This document shows, in pieces, positions 20,067 through 35,285 of a DNA stretch of 64,000 nucleotides. The stretch comes from Piromyces finnis finn (lineage: Eukaryota; Fungi; Neocallimastigomycota). Each line of letters starts with the position of its first letter. Positions within the stretch are counted from its first letter, which is position 1. The notes under the pieces were generated by a model. The model saw nothing but the letters and a program-made list of their open reading frames with translations. It had not been told where the DNA came from and did no database searches. Location: the NCBI GenBank assembly GCA_002104945.1, contig MCFH01000049.1:186001-250000 (forward strand). Reading direction: 5' to 3'. Both the position numbers and the translations under genes were made by a program.

Positions 20067-22329
20067 TCATTGTGAAGTACTACTTGTGAAAGTACCATTA
20101 TTTAGAGTATTACTATTTTTACTATTTATTGATAGTCTATTTGATTCATTTTCTTTCCTTTTCTTATGTATTTTTTTTAAATTTCTGAATGCTGTTAGTA
20201 TTAATACAAATAATATAATGGCGATTACTATGATGACTATGTATAATATGCTAAATTTCTTCATTGACGGATTACCCATAACATTTCTTTTGAATAAAAA
20301 TATAAATTAATTTTTTATATGATTAATGAATACATTATATACATTATATATAAAAATAATTACATTGTTATATTTAATTTCTTGACTTCTTTTGGTATAG
20401 AACCACTTAATTTATTATTATTTAATAATCTTTTTTTTTTTTTTTTGAAGAAATAGGATAATTAGTAAAAAAGAAAATAAAATTACTTTATTATAATCAA
20501 TAATAGAATGATAAAAGCTAATTACAATGATTTTAAATTTGATAATTTTCCAAGTTCAGGCGGTATAGAGCCAGTTAATTCGTTTCTAGATAAATTTCTA
20601 TTTATGTAAAATGATTAAATAACAATAAAGATGATTCCAATAATAATATTTATTAAAATTAGATTTTTATATATAAAATATATAAGATTTTTATTTACAA
20701 TGTTTCTAATTTAGATAGATTTCCTAGTTCAGGTGGTATAAATTCACTAAATTTATTATCTGACATGTTTCTATTTCATTAATTCATATAGGAAAAAGAA
20801 TTCTTTAATAACCAATATCATTTCAGAGTTTATTATAATATTTAATACAATAGTTTTAAAGTTAAAAATTACAATGTTATTAGTTTCGTAAAATTCCCAA
20901 ATCCAGGTGGTATAGAGCCAGTTAATTCATTTCTTGATAAATCTCTATTTATAAAAAATATTTAATAATATTAAAATGATAATAATCAATAATCAATAAT
21001 CAATAATCAATAATCAATAATCAATAATCAATAATCAATAATCAATAATCAATAATCAATAATCAATAATTAATAATGAAATATTTAAGTAATAATTACA
21101 ATTCTTCCAAATTTAAAAGTTTTCCAAATTCAAAAGGTATTACATCACTTAATTTATTTTGATTTAACATTCTTTCAAATAGAAATAATAAATTAATAAT
21201 AAATATTATACATATATATTATAAACTGATATTTTAATTAATTACAAATGTTTTAATTTTGTTAAATTTCCTAACGAAGAAGGAATTGAACCTGTTATTT
21301 GACAATTAAATAATTCTCTTTTTTTTTTTTTTTTTTTTTTATAATTAAAATAAAAACTTATTAATAAAACAATACATTGACTATTCTTTAAATTAATATA
21401 TGATATTTAATAAAAATTATACAATTCTTCTAATTTAGACAAATTTCCAAGTTCAGGTGGTATTGGATCAGAAATAATACCATTTTGTATTTTTCTATTT
21501 CGTAATAACAAAAAAGAATGGGTTTAAATATGTATAATAAAATTTATTATTAATAAAAATAAAAAATATTTTATTAATTACAACTGTACTAAATTTGATA
21601 ATTTCCCAAGTTCAGGCGGTATAGATCCTTTTATATTATTTCCATTTAAATATCTTTTTTTTTTTTTTTATCAAAATAAATAAATGATAATAAAAACAAT
21701 AATAAAAACAAAAAATAATTAATACAATAATATTTAAAATAATAAAATGGTATATAATAGTTACAAGTATTCTAAATTTGTTAAATTTCCGAGTTCCGGT
21801 AGTATATAACTATTTAAATGGCATAATTAAAACTTTTATTAATATATACGATAATAGTAATAATGATAATAATAATTCATTACAAATATTTTGAGCTAAT
21901 TATATTTCCCAGTTCATTAGAGTCAGAAAGTATTAATTTATCTGTAGTTAATTGACTTTTTTTTTTTTTTTTAAAAAAATTGTAATATATTTAATTTAAT
22001 AATGTGGTAAATGAAATATCTTATAATTTATTTCAATTATGTTTCTTAACTACACAATTCTAGAATATAACTTGACAATTTTATATGATATCTACTCTAG
22101 ACTAATAAAATCTCTGAAATTGAATTAAGAACTAGTTTATATTTTTATTTAAAATCTTTTATTATTACATTTTAGAGACATGACCATTTGTACATGTAAT
22201 TCCTTTTTCTGAACAACAATCATCTGATTGCTTTTTACCTAATAATTTATTTATTACATCACAATCATTTTGGGCACAAGTAAATCTTAGTATGGTAATG
22301 ATATTAATTAATAAAATTAATATATTCAT
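20067..22329 (-). CDS. LRR receptor-like protein 1 (signal, Cys N-cap, 9 LRR exons, cap exon, TM, Ser/Asn-rich tail)
   Basis: Exon 1 22329-22169 reads MNILILLINIITILRFTCAQNDCDVINKLLGKKQSDDCCSEKGITCTNGHVSK. Then a divergent 72-nt exon (21955-21884), a 45-nt half repeat and seven 72-nt exons (e.g. YLNGNNIKGSIPPELGKLSNLVQ), a 66-nt cap exon, and a last exon overlapping ORF 20067..20279 (TM ILYIVIIVIAIILFVLILTAF). All introns are phase 2 GT-AG. Confidence 0.85.
20981..21070. repeat. (AATAATC)n heptamer repeat in an intron of LRR gene 1
   Basis: About 12 tandem copies. Confidence 0.9.
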
Positions 22330-22567
22330 TATTAAGTATTATTAATATTTATATAAAATAAAAGTGGAGGAATATTTATTTTAACATTTAATAGTTGTAA
22401 ATAAAAAATTTGGAAAAATAAAAAGTATGAAAGAACTCTTAAAGTTTAACCATTAAAATACTTTTTTTTTTTTTTTATAATTAAGATTAGAAAGAAAAAA
22501 GTTTAAATACTTTTATAAGACTTTAGTATTGAACGTTATTTATTATATTTTTTATTTATTACTTTTC

Positions 22568-22598
<31 letters not shown>

Positions 22599-23036
22599 TT
22601 TTAAAGTGAAAAAAAAAAACTTAAATTTTTATGGACAGTTTCAATAAAGATCATTACCATGGAAATATTAAAGTATTAATGTAGAAATACCAAAAGTTAA
22701 CCTGGGAGAAGTTAAAAAAAAAAAAGAAAACCAAAACAAAATCATTTTTTTATTAATAAAAAAAATTAATAATTTAAAATGAATACTTTTTTTTAAATAG
22801 ACTTGTAGACTTTATTTATCATATTCAATATTTACTTTTTGTATTTTATAGTTAGTTTACATTAATAGCATTTATATATAAATCATTGATAGAAATAAAT
22901 AATTTATAAAAGTATTTTAATTTTATGAATATTAATGTATTAATAGCATTAGTTGTAAATAAATTATTCAGATAATTAATTTATTATTATTATTATTATT
23001 ATTATGAATATTATTATGAATGATGTAATTAAGGAA

Positions 23037-25762
23037 TCAACTTTCACTAATGACAGATTCTTCAACATCAGCAAAAGTATTGACAAAAGCATGTCTTACA
23101 GAAACGGATACTTCATGATTATTGTTTATATACTTTTTTCCTTTTTTGTTTTTCCGGAATATTTTTATATATATTATTAATAGAGTTAACACTACAAATA
23201 TTATACTAATGATCAATAGAGTAATTAATAAGTTGTTATTATCCACGTTTAGTAATGGATTATTGGAAATAAACCTATCGAATAAAATAAAATTAATAAA
23301 ATAAATTATTATTAAAATATTGTTAACATATGAATAATAATGAATATTTAAAAATGTATTTCAACTATACTTGATAAATAATATTTATAAAATTATATGT
23401 AAATAGATAAGTATTATAAAGTTATATATAAAAAAGAAAATTTTAATACAATTTTATATTTAGATTCTTTATTTCTTTTGGAATAGAACCGCTTAAATTG
23501 TTGTTTGATAAAGAACTATTTTGAAATAAGAAATAAGATGTGTTAATATTTAAATAATCTATGATATATAACATATATAACATATATATATCTGTAAATT
23601 ATATGCAATTATAGATAAAAGTATGAATTAATATAAATATTGAAAAATTCATTACAGAGTTTTTAATTTGGATAGATTCCCAAGTTCAGGTGGTATTGAA
23701 CCCGTTAAATTATTATTATTTAAATATCTACAAGATGTAATGTGTAATATATTTTTAAAAAATAAAATTAAAAATTAGATAAATCGTAGTAATTATATAA
23801 TTATATATTTTGAAATAATATTTAAAAATAAATTCAATATATTGCTTATATACATTTTTTTTAAGTTAGACAAATTTCCAAGTTTAGATGGTATAGAATC
23901 AGTTAAAGTATTATTAGATAAATGTCTAGTATAAATAAAATGAAATATTTATGGTATTTTTAGTATTTATATAATAATTATTATAATATTATTTTACAGT
24001 TAGAGAAGGAACAAAATTAATTATTAATATTCATTACAAATATTCTAAATTAGATAAATTCCCAAGCTCAGGAGGTATGGAACCAGTTAGTTTATTATTA
24101 GATAAATCACTATTTTTTCAAAAAAAAAAACAGTAATGATATAAATGATAAAAGTTATTATGGATAACATATAATTTTTCATTATAATCATTAATAAATA
24201 GATTATTACAGAGTATTTAAATTTGATAATTTTCCAAATTCAGGTGGTATTGAACCCGTTAATTTATTATCTAATAATTTTCTATTTATATGCAAGATAA
24301 AATCCTTAATATTAATACTATACTACTACCATTACTATTATTAATAATAATGATGATAAAAATTCATATTTATGAAAATATATAATCTTTAAGTAATTAC
24401 AATATTTCTAGATTTGATAAATTCCCAAGTTCAGGTGGAATGAAACCGGTTAACGTATTAAGATTTAAATGTCTTTTTCAAATATAAATAATTAATATAA
24501 ATAATTAATATAAATAATTAGTTATTTAATATTGTTTATTACAAGATATTTTTAATTTTAATATTTATTATTTAAAAATAATTACAATGTCGTTAATTTT
24601 GAAAGATTTCCAAAAGAAGAAGGAATAGATCCTGAAAAATTACAATGACCTAAATGTCTTTTTTTTTTTTTTTTTTAAATAGAATAAAAAATAATTAAAT
24701 ATCAATAAAATAAATTTCATAATATTAACATTTGAAATTTAAATAGTATTTTAGGTTATTACAGCATTTCCAAATTAGATAATTTTCCAAGTTCAGATGG
24801 AATAGCACCCTTTAGATTTTTTCCATTCAATTTTCTATTTCGAAAAAATAAATAAAAAAAGAATTATAATAAATATAGAAAATAACTTTTATCTTTTCAT
24901 TAATATGATTAATTATAATAATTACAAATATTTTAAATTAGATAAATTTCCAAGTTCAGGCGGAATAGAACCAACTAAATTATTTCCAGTTATTTCTCTA
25001 TTTTAAAAATAAAATTAGCAATGATAATAATAAATTTAATGATTTTTTTTTAATAATTGTATTTATTATTGTTTTTACATATGTTCTAAATATGTTAAAT
25101 TCTCAAGTTCAGGTATTAAATAACTATTTAAAAATATATAATATAATTAGAATATTTATTATTTGATATAATAGATAATAGTAATTATAATGAAGTAGTA
25201 TTAAAGTATATTTGATTTTTACATATCTTTTGCTTTGACTATTTCTTCTGGATCATTAGTAATTCTATTATCTGTATAATAAATTCTTTTTTAATAAATG
25301 TTAGTAATAAATATTTAATTTATCTATAATATATATTATTTTGTTTTGGTATTTAAAATACAAAATTATAACAATTTTATATAGAAAATTTTCAATTTAA
25401 TTCTTAGAATTAATATGAACTTTTATTATCATTCTTTTTATGTTATTTTATTAATTCTTATGAAAAAACATATGTATATATCATTTAATTCAGAAATTTA
25501 TTTTGGTTATAATACACCAATATAATGATAACATGTATTTCTTAATGAAAAATTATATAACAAATTTTATAGTTCCAATTCATTACATTTTAATAATATG
25601 ACCATTCATACACACAACTCCCAATATTGAACAACAATCACTTGATAAATTTTCATTTAAAAATTTATTTACTATTCTACATTCTTCTATTATATTGTTT
25701 TGGGCAGAAATAATAGTTATTATTATTATAAGAATATCAATTAATAAAATAAATAAATTCAT
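23037..25762 (-). CDS. LRR receptor-like protein 2 (10 LRR-type exons, cap, TM, AFVNTFAD tail)
   Basis: Exon 1 lies within ORF 25583..25810 (MNLFILL...DCCSILGVVCMNGHIIK). Then 63- and 45-nt divergent exons, eight 72-nt exons between about 25.0 and 23.65 kb, a cap exon (SLSNNNLSGSIPKEIKNLNIK), and a last exon overlapping ORF 23037..23246. Confidence 0.87.
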
Positions 25763-26628
25763 TTTTTTTAAATTTTTAAATAATATAAATCGAAAAAATT
25801 TTATTTTCATTAAGCAATTTTGTATATTTAATATTATATTAAAAATATCAAAAATTTAAAAAACTTATATAAACTTTATCTTTACTATATTTATAAATTT
25901 TAAAAATATTTATTTTAAAAAGTAAAATTTTTATATAGAAAATTTAAAATTATGAATATTAATGAAATAGAACTATTTAATCTAAAATAAATAAAAATCT
26001 CCAATTATAAAATATTTCATTGATAAGTATAATGCTTAGCTCAATTAATAAGGATAGATGAATTAATATATATCCTAGATTTTTGGCGATTTATCTTAAT
26101 ATTACTTTTTATTGTTGACTATTAAGTGTGTAATAACAATAATAAGTTTTCTTATATAAAATAATATTTAATATTACAGGATAATTACTATAAAAACTTT
26201 CTTTACAAAGCATTTTATTATTTTTATATTTTTTTAATATTAATTATTCTTTATAAATTTAAATAACTTTCAATTGAAATTTATGAACTTATTGTGAAAC
26301 TATTACATTTTTAAATATATGTAAAATTTGATACTTTTATAGTATTTTATTGAATTTATAGTACTTTATATTTATAATAGAATAGTAAACCGAGAGAACA
26401 TATTTTTATTGTTATTATTATATTAATGCTATTTCATTTAATTTTGTTTTTCGAATTTTTAATATATGATTAAACGCATTTATGTTAAAAAAAACTAGTA
26501 TTAACATTAAATATTTTGAGAATATTATTTTGTGTTAAGGGCATTAATTGTTAATAATAATATTTCTAGTTTCTAGTTGTAAAGAATGTAATTCTCTTTT
26601 TATTTTATTATGGATATTGTATTCTATT

Positions 26629-28982
26629 TTATGGTATTTCACATCCACTAATCATCGAATCATCTGCAAAAGTATTTACATAAGCTTGTTTTGTTGAAAT
26701 ATGATTGTTATAATATGTATTTTTTCCCCCTTTTTTGTTTTTCCTGAATATTTTTAAATATATTATTGAAAATAATATAATAGCAAACGATATACTAACC
26801 ATTAATATTATAATTAATGCAGTATAACTATTTTCAGTATCCAATAATGGATTGTTTGATGTATATCTATTAATAAAATAAAATACAATATATAATAATT
26901 AAAAACGAAAGAATTTTAATTATATTACATAAACTTTTTATATATAAAAAATAATGTAATTACAAATTTATTTTTAATTTCTTTATATCTTTTGGAATTG
27001 AACCACTTAAATTGTTGTTAGATAAAGATCTATTTTAAATAGAAAATAAAATAAAAAAAAGTATGAGAATTAAATAATTAATATATTTCACTATTATTGA
27101 TATTATTGATAATATATAAATAATAACTAATTACAAAGTTTCTAATTTTGACAAATTTCCAAGTTCAGGTGGTATAGGACCAGTTAAATTATTATAAGAT
27201 AAATATCTATTCCCAAATTAAAATATTTTTTTAATAATTATTATAATAATTCCATATTTGTGTTATATTTTTATTAAATTAAATCATATAAAAGATAATT
27301 ACAATGATTTTAAATTTGTTAATTTTCCAAATTCAGGCAATATAGGTCCTGTTAGTGTATTGTTAGATAAATTTCTAATTTAATTAAAATAAAAACTTAA
27401 TAATAAATATAATTAAATCTACACAATAAATATATTATATAAAAAAAGATTACATATATTCTAAGTTTGATAAATTCCCAATACTTGAAGGTATATCATC
27501 ACTTATATTATTTTTATTTAATTGTCTATTTTAGATAAATATAGAAAATTTTTAATAAAAAAAATATTATATATATTTTATTATAATTAACATTTAGTAT
27601 TATAAATTTAATTACAAATTTTTTAAATTTGATAAGTTTCCAAGCTCTACCGGTATAGAACCATTTAATTTATTATTTAATAAGTTTCTTTTTAATGTAA
27701 AAATAATATATATTTAATAATATAAATAAAAAAATATTTAATAGCAGAATGTTTAAAATAATTTAAAATAGTTACAGTAACTCCAAATTAGATAATTTTC
27801 CAAGTTCAGATGGTATAAAATTGCTTAAATTGTTTCCATATAAATAACTATTTTAAATAACGAATTAATTTAAAAATTTAAAAATATGTTTAAGAATTAT
27901 ATGTAAATTACAGATTTTTTAAATTTGACAGATTTCCTAGAGAAGAAGGAATAGAACCAATAATATTACTACTATTTATATTTCTTATATATACATGAAT
28001 AATAATATTATTAATATGTGATATTTTAAATTTAAAATTATATTATACGAATTACAATTCATTTAATTTTGATAAATTTCCAAGTTCAAATGGTAAAACA
28101 CTACTTAAATGCTTTCCTTGTATAAACCTATTATAAATAATAAATTATTTATTTATACTACTATTACTACTATTACTACTACTAAAAATAATAATAATTA
28201 CAAATAATTTAAGTTTGTTAAATTTCCAATTTCAGGAGGTATATGACCAATTAACCCATTTCCACTTATATACCTATTACATGATATTAAATGATTATTT
28301 TTTATATTCTTATATATAAATGAATAATAATATATTTTTTTTATTACATAAAATTTAGATAAGTTATATTCCCGATTTCAGGTGGTATAGAGGCATAATA
28401 ATTTTCAATAATTAATTGTCTATTTTAATAAAATAATATAATATTAATAATGAACATATAAAGTAATATATACATGATTGTAAAATGATTATTTTAATTT
28501 TATTATAATATTATTAAGATATAAAACCATTATAATTATTATTTAAATTTATAATTCATATTATAATATGTATTTTATAGTATGAAAACATAAAATATTC
28601 ATAAGAAGTACAAACATAAGTGTTTTTATAATTGAAAACTTTTATTTTTTTTTAAGTTTATAAAAATATAACTATCCATTTATTGAATATAATTTATTAT
28701 CTGTATCCTTATCCTTATATATTTAAACCTTTAGAACTTTTTTATAAATATTATAAAAGCTTTATATTAATAAAATAAATAATTATCGATTCATTACAAT
28801 TTAATGATATGGCCATCACTTGAGCATACAATACCACTTTCTAAACAGCAATTGTTTGATTGAATATTTAATAATTTATTTACTATATCACACTCATTTT
28901 TGATATTATTTTGTGCAGAAATGAATTTTAAAATAAATATAGAATTAATGTGAAAAAAGAGTATTTTCATTTTCATTTTCAT
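26629..28982 (-). CDS. LRR receptor-like protein 3 (9 LRR exons, cap, TM, AYVNTFAD tail)
   Basis: Exon 1 is ORF 28794..28982. Nine 72-nt exons lie between about 28.4 and 27.1 kb, then a cap exon at about 26.96-27.03 kb and a last exon overlapping ORF 26629..26844. Confidence 0.87.
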
Positions 28983-29549
28983 TTATTATTATTATTATTA
29001 TAGTATTAATAAGATATTTTTTTAAAGATAAAAAAAAATTAAATAAATTTTAAAATTATACATGTTTTTTTAAAAGCACTTTAAAAAGTTTAATTAATCA
29101 AATAATTTTAAATGTGAAAAATAATGTTATGAATGAATATTAAATAAAATCAAAATATTTTAGAAAACGTATAAAACTAAAAAGTAACTAAATCCAAATA
29201 ATAATTCATAATATTTAATATGTCTATTTTTTAAAAAAATAATAATAATAAAAAAAAAAAAAAAAAAAAAAAAATCAACAAAAGAATTAATAATATTATA
29301 TATTAATATTACATAAATTAATATAATATTTAAAGTTCTAAAAATTTTAAGGAATAATTATTTATTTGCTATGAATATGAAAATAATAAAATCAAAGAAA
29401 AAAAAAACAATATTAATAATTAATCTTTTAAACTATTTATAATATGATATTTTAATTATTGACTATATATATATTTATTCTTGCTTTTTGGGCTTATAGT
29501 AGTGTAGGAAATAATTATAAATAAAAATATTATATGTGTTTTATTATTT

Positions 29550-30120
29550 TAGTAATACTAATAGGAGGATGCTTTTTTTGAGCTACAAGATATCATATTA
29601 CATTCTTATTCTTTTTTCAATTTCCTCGTTAATAATTTTCTTTTTATGTACTAACATATAGATAAAATTATAATATATACTCCTAAAATTGAATAATTAT
29701 TAATAACTTGGTATTATTTTAAATAGTGAGATAATAAATCTTTTTATATTTAATTTAAAAATAAAAGGCAATGATTTTTTTATATACAAAATAAAAATTC
29801 TTATTTACACTTGAATTCATTATATTTAAAGAAATTAGCAAAAAAAAGTAATTACAACTCTTTTTAAATATAAAAATAAAAATTTTAATGATGAATAAAC
29901 TATATAAACACATATTTTCTTCACAATGTATAATATTTATAGTATTTTTGATTTAATTCTGGTAACTTTCTAAGTTCGGGTGGGGTATAAGTCTAATTAA
30001 TTTATTTCAAAATAAATTAAACAATTTAATTATTAATATTAATAAGATATTTACTATATTTTTCTAATATAGATAAATCTCAAAGTTCAAGGAAAATAGA
30101 ACTTACTAAATAACTTTAAT
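29550..30120 (-). pseudogene. Decayed remnant of an LRR receptor-like gene
   Basis: Broken LRR exons near 30060-30120 and 29950-30000 (PPELRKLPEL). A frameshifted TM/tail exon at 29550-29730 ends in ISCSSKKHPP, homologous to SFGSKNHPP. Confidence 0.6.
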
Positions 30121-30452
30121 ATCAAACTAAACATTAAAATATTAAAATGAATATAAATAATAAAAAAGAGTAATATTTTATACTACAATTTAAAATAAAA
30201 TTATTAAACTTTCATATTATAAATATAATAATTTTATTCATTAAGGAAAATTTATCTATATATAAATATTATTACACTATTTATAATAAATGTTAAACTA
30301 TAGGGAGGTTAATAAAGAAAAAAAAAAGAATTATAAATGAAATAATATTTTTAAGTTTATATTTTACTTTGAAAAATTTTATCAATACATTTATTTATAA
30401 AACTTAGTACAATAGTAATTTTAATTCTACAAAGTATTGATTTATGGATAAA

Positions 30453-32361
30453 TTAAGTAATACAAACAGGAGGATGATTTTTTGAACCAAAAGATATTTT
30501 ATTTTTATTTCTACTGGAAATTTCTTCTTCAACAATTTTCTTTTTTGTTTTTTTATATGCTATTGTTATTCCTGTAGCAAGGATTAAAAAAAGTGCAATA
30601 ATAATCAGAATACTTATTACTGAATTATTATTACTTTCTGTTTCTAATAATGGATTATTTGATATATATCTTTTTATTATAATAGGTATAAAATTTAAAA
30701 TAAAATTAATATTTAAATGCTTTTATTATTATATATTTACATAAATAAATGAAAAGTAAAAAAAAATTTACAGTTTCGTATTTAATTTCTTTATTTCTTT
30801 TGGAATTGAACCACTTAAATTATTTCTAGATAAATATCTATCATAAATATTAAATTAGGTGTTTTAATAATAAATTAATCATAAAACACATATTTTCTTT
30901 TTATTTTATAATATTTATGATAAATGCATAATTCATTACAAAGATTTTAATTTTGTTAACTTCCCAAGTTCAGGTGGTATAGATCCAGTTAAATTATTCC
31001 CGGACAAATCTCTATTTATTTAAAAATAAAATATTAAATTTTTAACATAATCATTATTTTCATGTAATAATAAATAATAATTATCATTGAAGTAATTATC
31101 ATTGAAGTAGATTTAATTACAATATTTCTAAATTAGATAAATTTCCAAGTTCAGGAGGAATAGTACCATTAAAGTTGTTTCCATTAATTTCTCTATTTCA
31201 TATATTTAAAACGAAAATGAAAAGTTTCAATTATAATATATTGTAAATTTGAAAAATAAAAATAGATTTTGAAATGTTAATTACAATATTTTTAAATTAG
31301 ATAAATTTCCAAGTTCAGGCGGTATATTACCACTAAAATTATTATCCTGAATTTTCCTATATATGATTAAGAAAATAATTTATATAATTAAATAAAATAA
31401 TTGTAATATATAATAAAATATAATATTTAAATACAGCGATTCCAGGTTTAATAAATTCCCAAGTTCAGGAGGTATAAACCCGCTTAACTTATTATTTGAT
31501 AATACTCTTTTAAGAGAAAATAATAAATTATAAATAATATATTTTTTAATAATAATTATGAACTAATTAATTATAATTAATTACAATTCTTTTAATTTTG
31601 TCAAATTCCATAATGAGGAAGGAATTGAACCTTTAAAAATATTATTTGGAAGACTCCTATTCCAATGTAAAATAAATATTAATATATATAAATTTTTTAA
31701 TAATATTTTATTTATTATTTACAAATTCTCTAATTTTGATAAATTTCCAAGTTCAGTTGGAATTGTTCCATTTATATATTTTCCTTGTATGAACCTAATT
31801 AAAGATATAAATTAAATATAATTTTTCTTCTATAATAAAATAATATATTAATATAATTACAGATAAACTAAACTTGTTAATTTCCCTAGTTCAGGTGGTA
31901 TAGGTCCAATTATGTTATCTCCATAAAAATATCTTTTTCAAGTAATATATGAATAATTAATACGATATAATGTCATATTTAAAAATAATATATTTAATTA
32001 CAAAAACTCTAGATTACTCAAATTTCCAAGTTCAAATGGTATAGAACCACAATAAGATTGACTTTGAAAATATATTTTTCTTATAAAGGTATTTTTTTAA
32101 ATAAAATTTGATAATTGTATATAATATTATTAAAATTTAAATTATATAGATAATATTAACTATTCTTTTTATTCATTACATTCTAGTTATATGACTATTT
32201 AAACATGTAATTTTTTCATTTCGACAACAATTATATGATGATTCCTTATTCAATAATTTATTTAAATAAATACATTCTTCACTTTCTTCACTAGTATTAT
32301 TTTGTGAATAAATATATTTTACTGAAATAAAGATAGTAACTAAAAAATAAAGTATATTCAT
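30453..32361 (-). CDS. LRR receptor-like protein 4 (8 LRR exons, cap, TM, SFGSKNHPP tail)
   Basis: Exon 1 is ORF 32176..32361. One 78-nt and seven 72-nt exons follow, then a cap exon. The last exon reads YISNNPLLETES...KKIVEEEISSRNKNKISFGSKNHPPVCIT*. Confidence 0.87.
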
Positions 32362-33286
32362 TATTTATTTGGGGGTTTATAATTATAAAATTAATTATAA
32401 AATAAATCAAATTAAAAAAAAAAAAAACATAAAATTATTTTTATTATTATGTAAAAATTAAGACTTTTAAAGTTAATGAAACTCTTTTAAATATTCCTTT
32501 ATGTAGAATTGAAGAAAATAATAAAAGTATTAAATATAAAAAACAATAACAGTAAAAAGAAAATATAAAAATAAAATATAGTTATTATAAAGATATTTTT
32601 ATTAACATAATTATTATCATACATATTTATCATAACGAATAATTATCATTTCTATTTAAAAAATTGTAATAACTTTAAAAATTATAATACATTATACTTA
32701 CACTTAATATTACTTTGCAAAAAATATAAACCTTAATATAGAAATGTAATATGGAAAAAAAATATATATAAATAAAATAGCATTTTATAAATATTAATAT
32801 ATTTAAACTATTTTAATTTTTTTTTTTTAATTCTAAAATGCATTAAAAATAATTGTTTCTTCAAGAAAGAATTTAAATTAAAATAAAGAAAGAATCTATA
32901 ATTTTTAAATAAATATTTTAAAGGTACAAAAATATTCCTCTGATTTATCTTAATAATAATAGATAAATATTTATTTAAAAATATTGAAAAACTGTAAAAT
33001 TAAATATAAATTATAATAATAAACTACAAACTAGTACTTGAGTATATTATAAAAATTTATTTTATATTTTTAAATAATTTATAATAAATAATTTATCTAT
33101 ATATAAATATCATTATTCTATTTACAAAGTTAAACTATTAAGAAAATAAATAAATAATAAGAAAATATAAATGAAATAATATTTTTAAGTTTATATTTTA
33201 CTTTGAAAAATTTTATCAATACATTTATTTATAAAACTTAGTACAATAGTAATTTTATTTCTACAAAGTATTGATTTATGGATAAA

Positions 33287-35285
33287 TTAAGTAATACAAA
33301 CAGGAGGATGATTTTTTGAACCAAAAGATATTATATTTTTATTTCTATTGGCAATTTCTTCTTCAATAATTTTCTTTTTTGTTTTTTTATATGATATTAT
33401 TATTCCTGTAGCAAGGATTAAAAAAATCACACCAATAAATAAAATAATTAATACTGAATTATTGTTACTTTCTGTTTCTAATAATGGATTATTTGATATA
33501 TGTCTATTTATTTTAATAAAATTTATAAAATGAATATTTATTAAAAATAAAAAATTATATATTTATTTAGATTTTAATTATATATTTAAATATATGTAAA
33601 AAAAAAAAAAAAAACAAATTACAGTTTCGTATTTAATTTCTTTATTTCTTTTGGAATTGAACCACTTAAATTATTTCTAGATAAATATCTATCATAAATA
33701 TTAAATTAGGTGTTTTAATAATAAATTAATCATAAAACACATATTTTCTTTTTATTTTATAATATTTATGATAAATGCATAATTCATTACAAAGATTTTA
33801 ATTTTGTTAACTTCCCAAGTTCAGGTGGTATAAGATCCAGTTAAATTATTCCCGGACAAATCTCTATTTATTTAAAAATAAAATATTAAATTTTTAACAT
33901 AATCATTATTTTCATGTAATAATAAATAATAATTATCATTGAAGTAATTATCATTGAAGTAGATTTAATTACAATATTTCTAAATTAGATAAATTTCCAA
34001 GTTCAGGAGGAATAGTACCATTAAAGTTGTTTCCATTAATTTCTCTATTTCATATATTTAAAACGAAAATGAAAAGTTTCAATTATAATATATTGTAAAT
34101 TTGAAAAATAAAAATAGATTTTGAAATGTTAATTACAATATTTTTAAATTAGATAAATTTCCAAGTTCAGGCGGTATATTACCACTAAAATTGTTTTCCT
34201 GAATTTCTCTATGAATAAAAATAAATAATACAATTAAATATTAATAAAAATAATATGTAATATAAAATTAAATCTTATTTGCTATAAAATATCAAATTTA
34301 AATACAGTGACTTCAAGTTTAATAAATTTCCAAGTCCAGAAGGTATAACACCACTTAATTGATTATTTGAGAGTTTTCTTTTTAAATATATTAAAAAATG
34401 ATTAATACATTATTTTTTATATTATTAATTATTAAATTAGAATCTAAAATTAATTACAATTCTTTTAATTTTGTTAAATTTCCTAATGAAGAAGGAATTG
34501 AACCTGTCAAATTAGTATTTAGAAAACATCTATTTTCAATTTATAGTTAAATATGATATATTTCAATTATTTATTTTCTTATATCAAGATACTTAATTTT
34601 AATAATATATATTTATCAATTATATATATATTACAATCTTTCTAATTTGAATAGACTTCCAAGTTCATTTGGAATTGGTCCATTTATATTGAATCCCTGT
34701 ATATTTCTATTAAAAAAATAAAATTTATATTCAATTTTTTTTTTATAAAACAATATTATTGGGATTACAAATTAACTAAATTTGATAATTTCCCAAGTTC
34801 AGATGGTATTGGTCCAATTAAATTAGCTCCAAGTAAATATCTTTTTCAAAAAAAAAAAATATTAAATGAATTAATACATACAATATAATGATATATTTAA
34901 ATAATATTTTTAATTACATATTTTCTAGATTAATTAAATTTCCAAGTTCAATTGGTATAGAACCACTATAAGATATATCAAAAAGATATCTAATAATGAA
35001 TATATATATATATTTTAATAATAATAATAATTATTATTTTATATAAAATATATTATATACTAAGTTATATATATAACAATAATTATTTTTTTATTTTTTT
35101 ATTCATTACATGATAGTTACATGACCATTTAAACATGTAATTCCATCATAATGACAACAATCATACGATGGTTCCTTTTTCAATATTTTGTTTATATAGA
35201 TACATTCTTCATTACTATTGTTTTGGGCATAAATATTTTTTATTGAAATAGTGATAAATATAATTATTAAATTTAATATTTCCAT
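33287..35285 (-). CDS. LRR receptor-like protein 5 (8 LRR exons, one with a +1 frameshift; TM; SFGSKNHPP tail)
   Basis: ATG 35285 (MEILNLIIIFITISIKNIYAQ...DCCHYDGITCLNGHVTI), then eight LRR exons. The last has GGTATAAGATCC where gene 4 has GGTATAGATCC (extra A near 33832). The last exon ends IISFGSKNHPPVCIT*. The indel may be real or a sequencing error. Confidence 0.8.

Noticed and set aside
22630-22725. Short stretch ending GGGAGAAGTT(A)13, like the SINE terminus
   Set aside because: Only the last few bases match; no TSD or stem-loop block was found.
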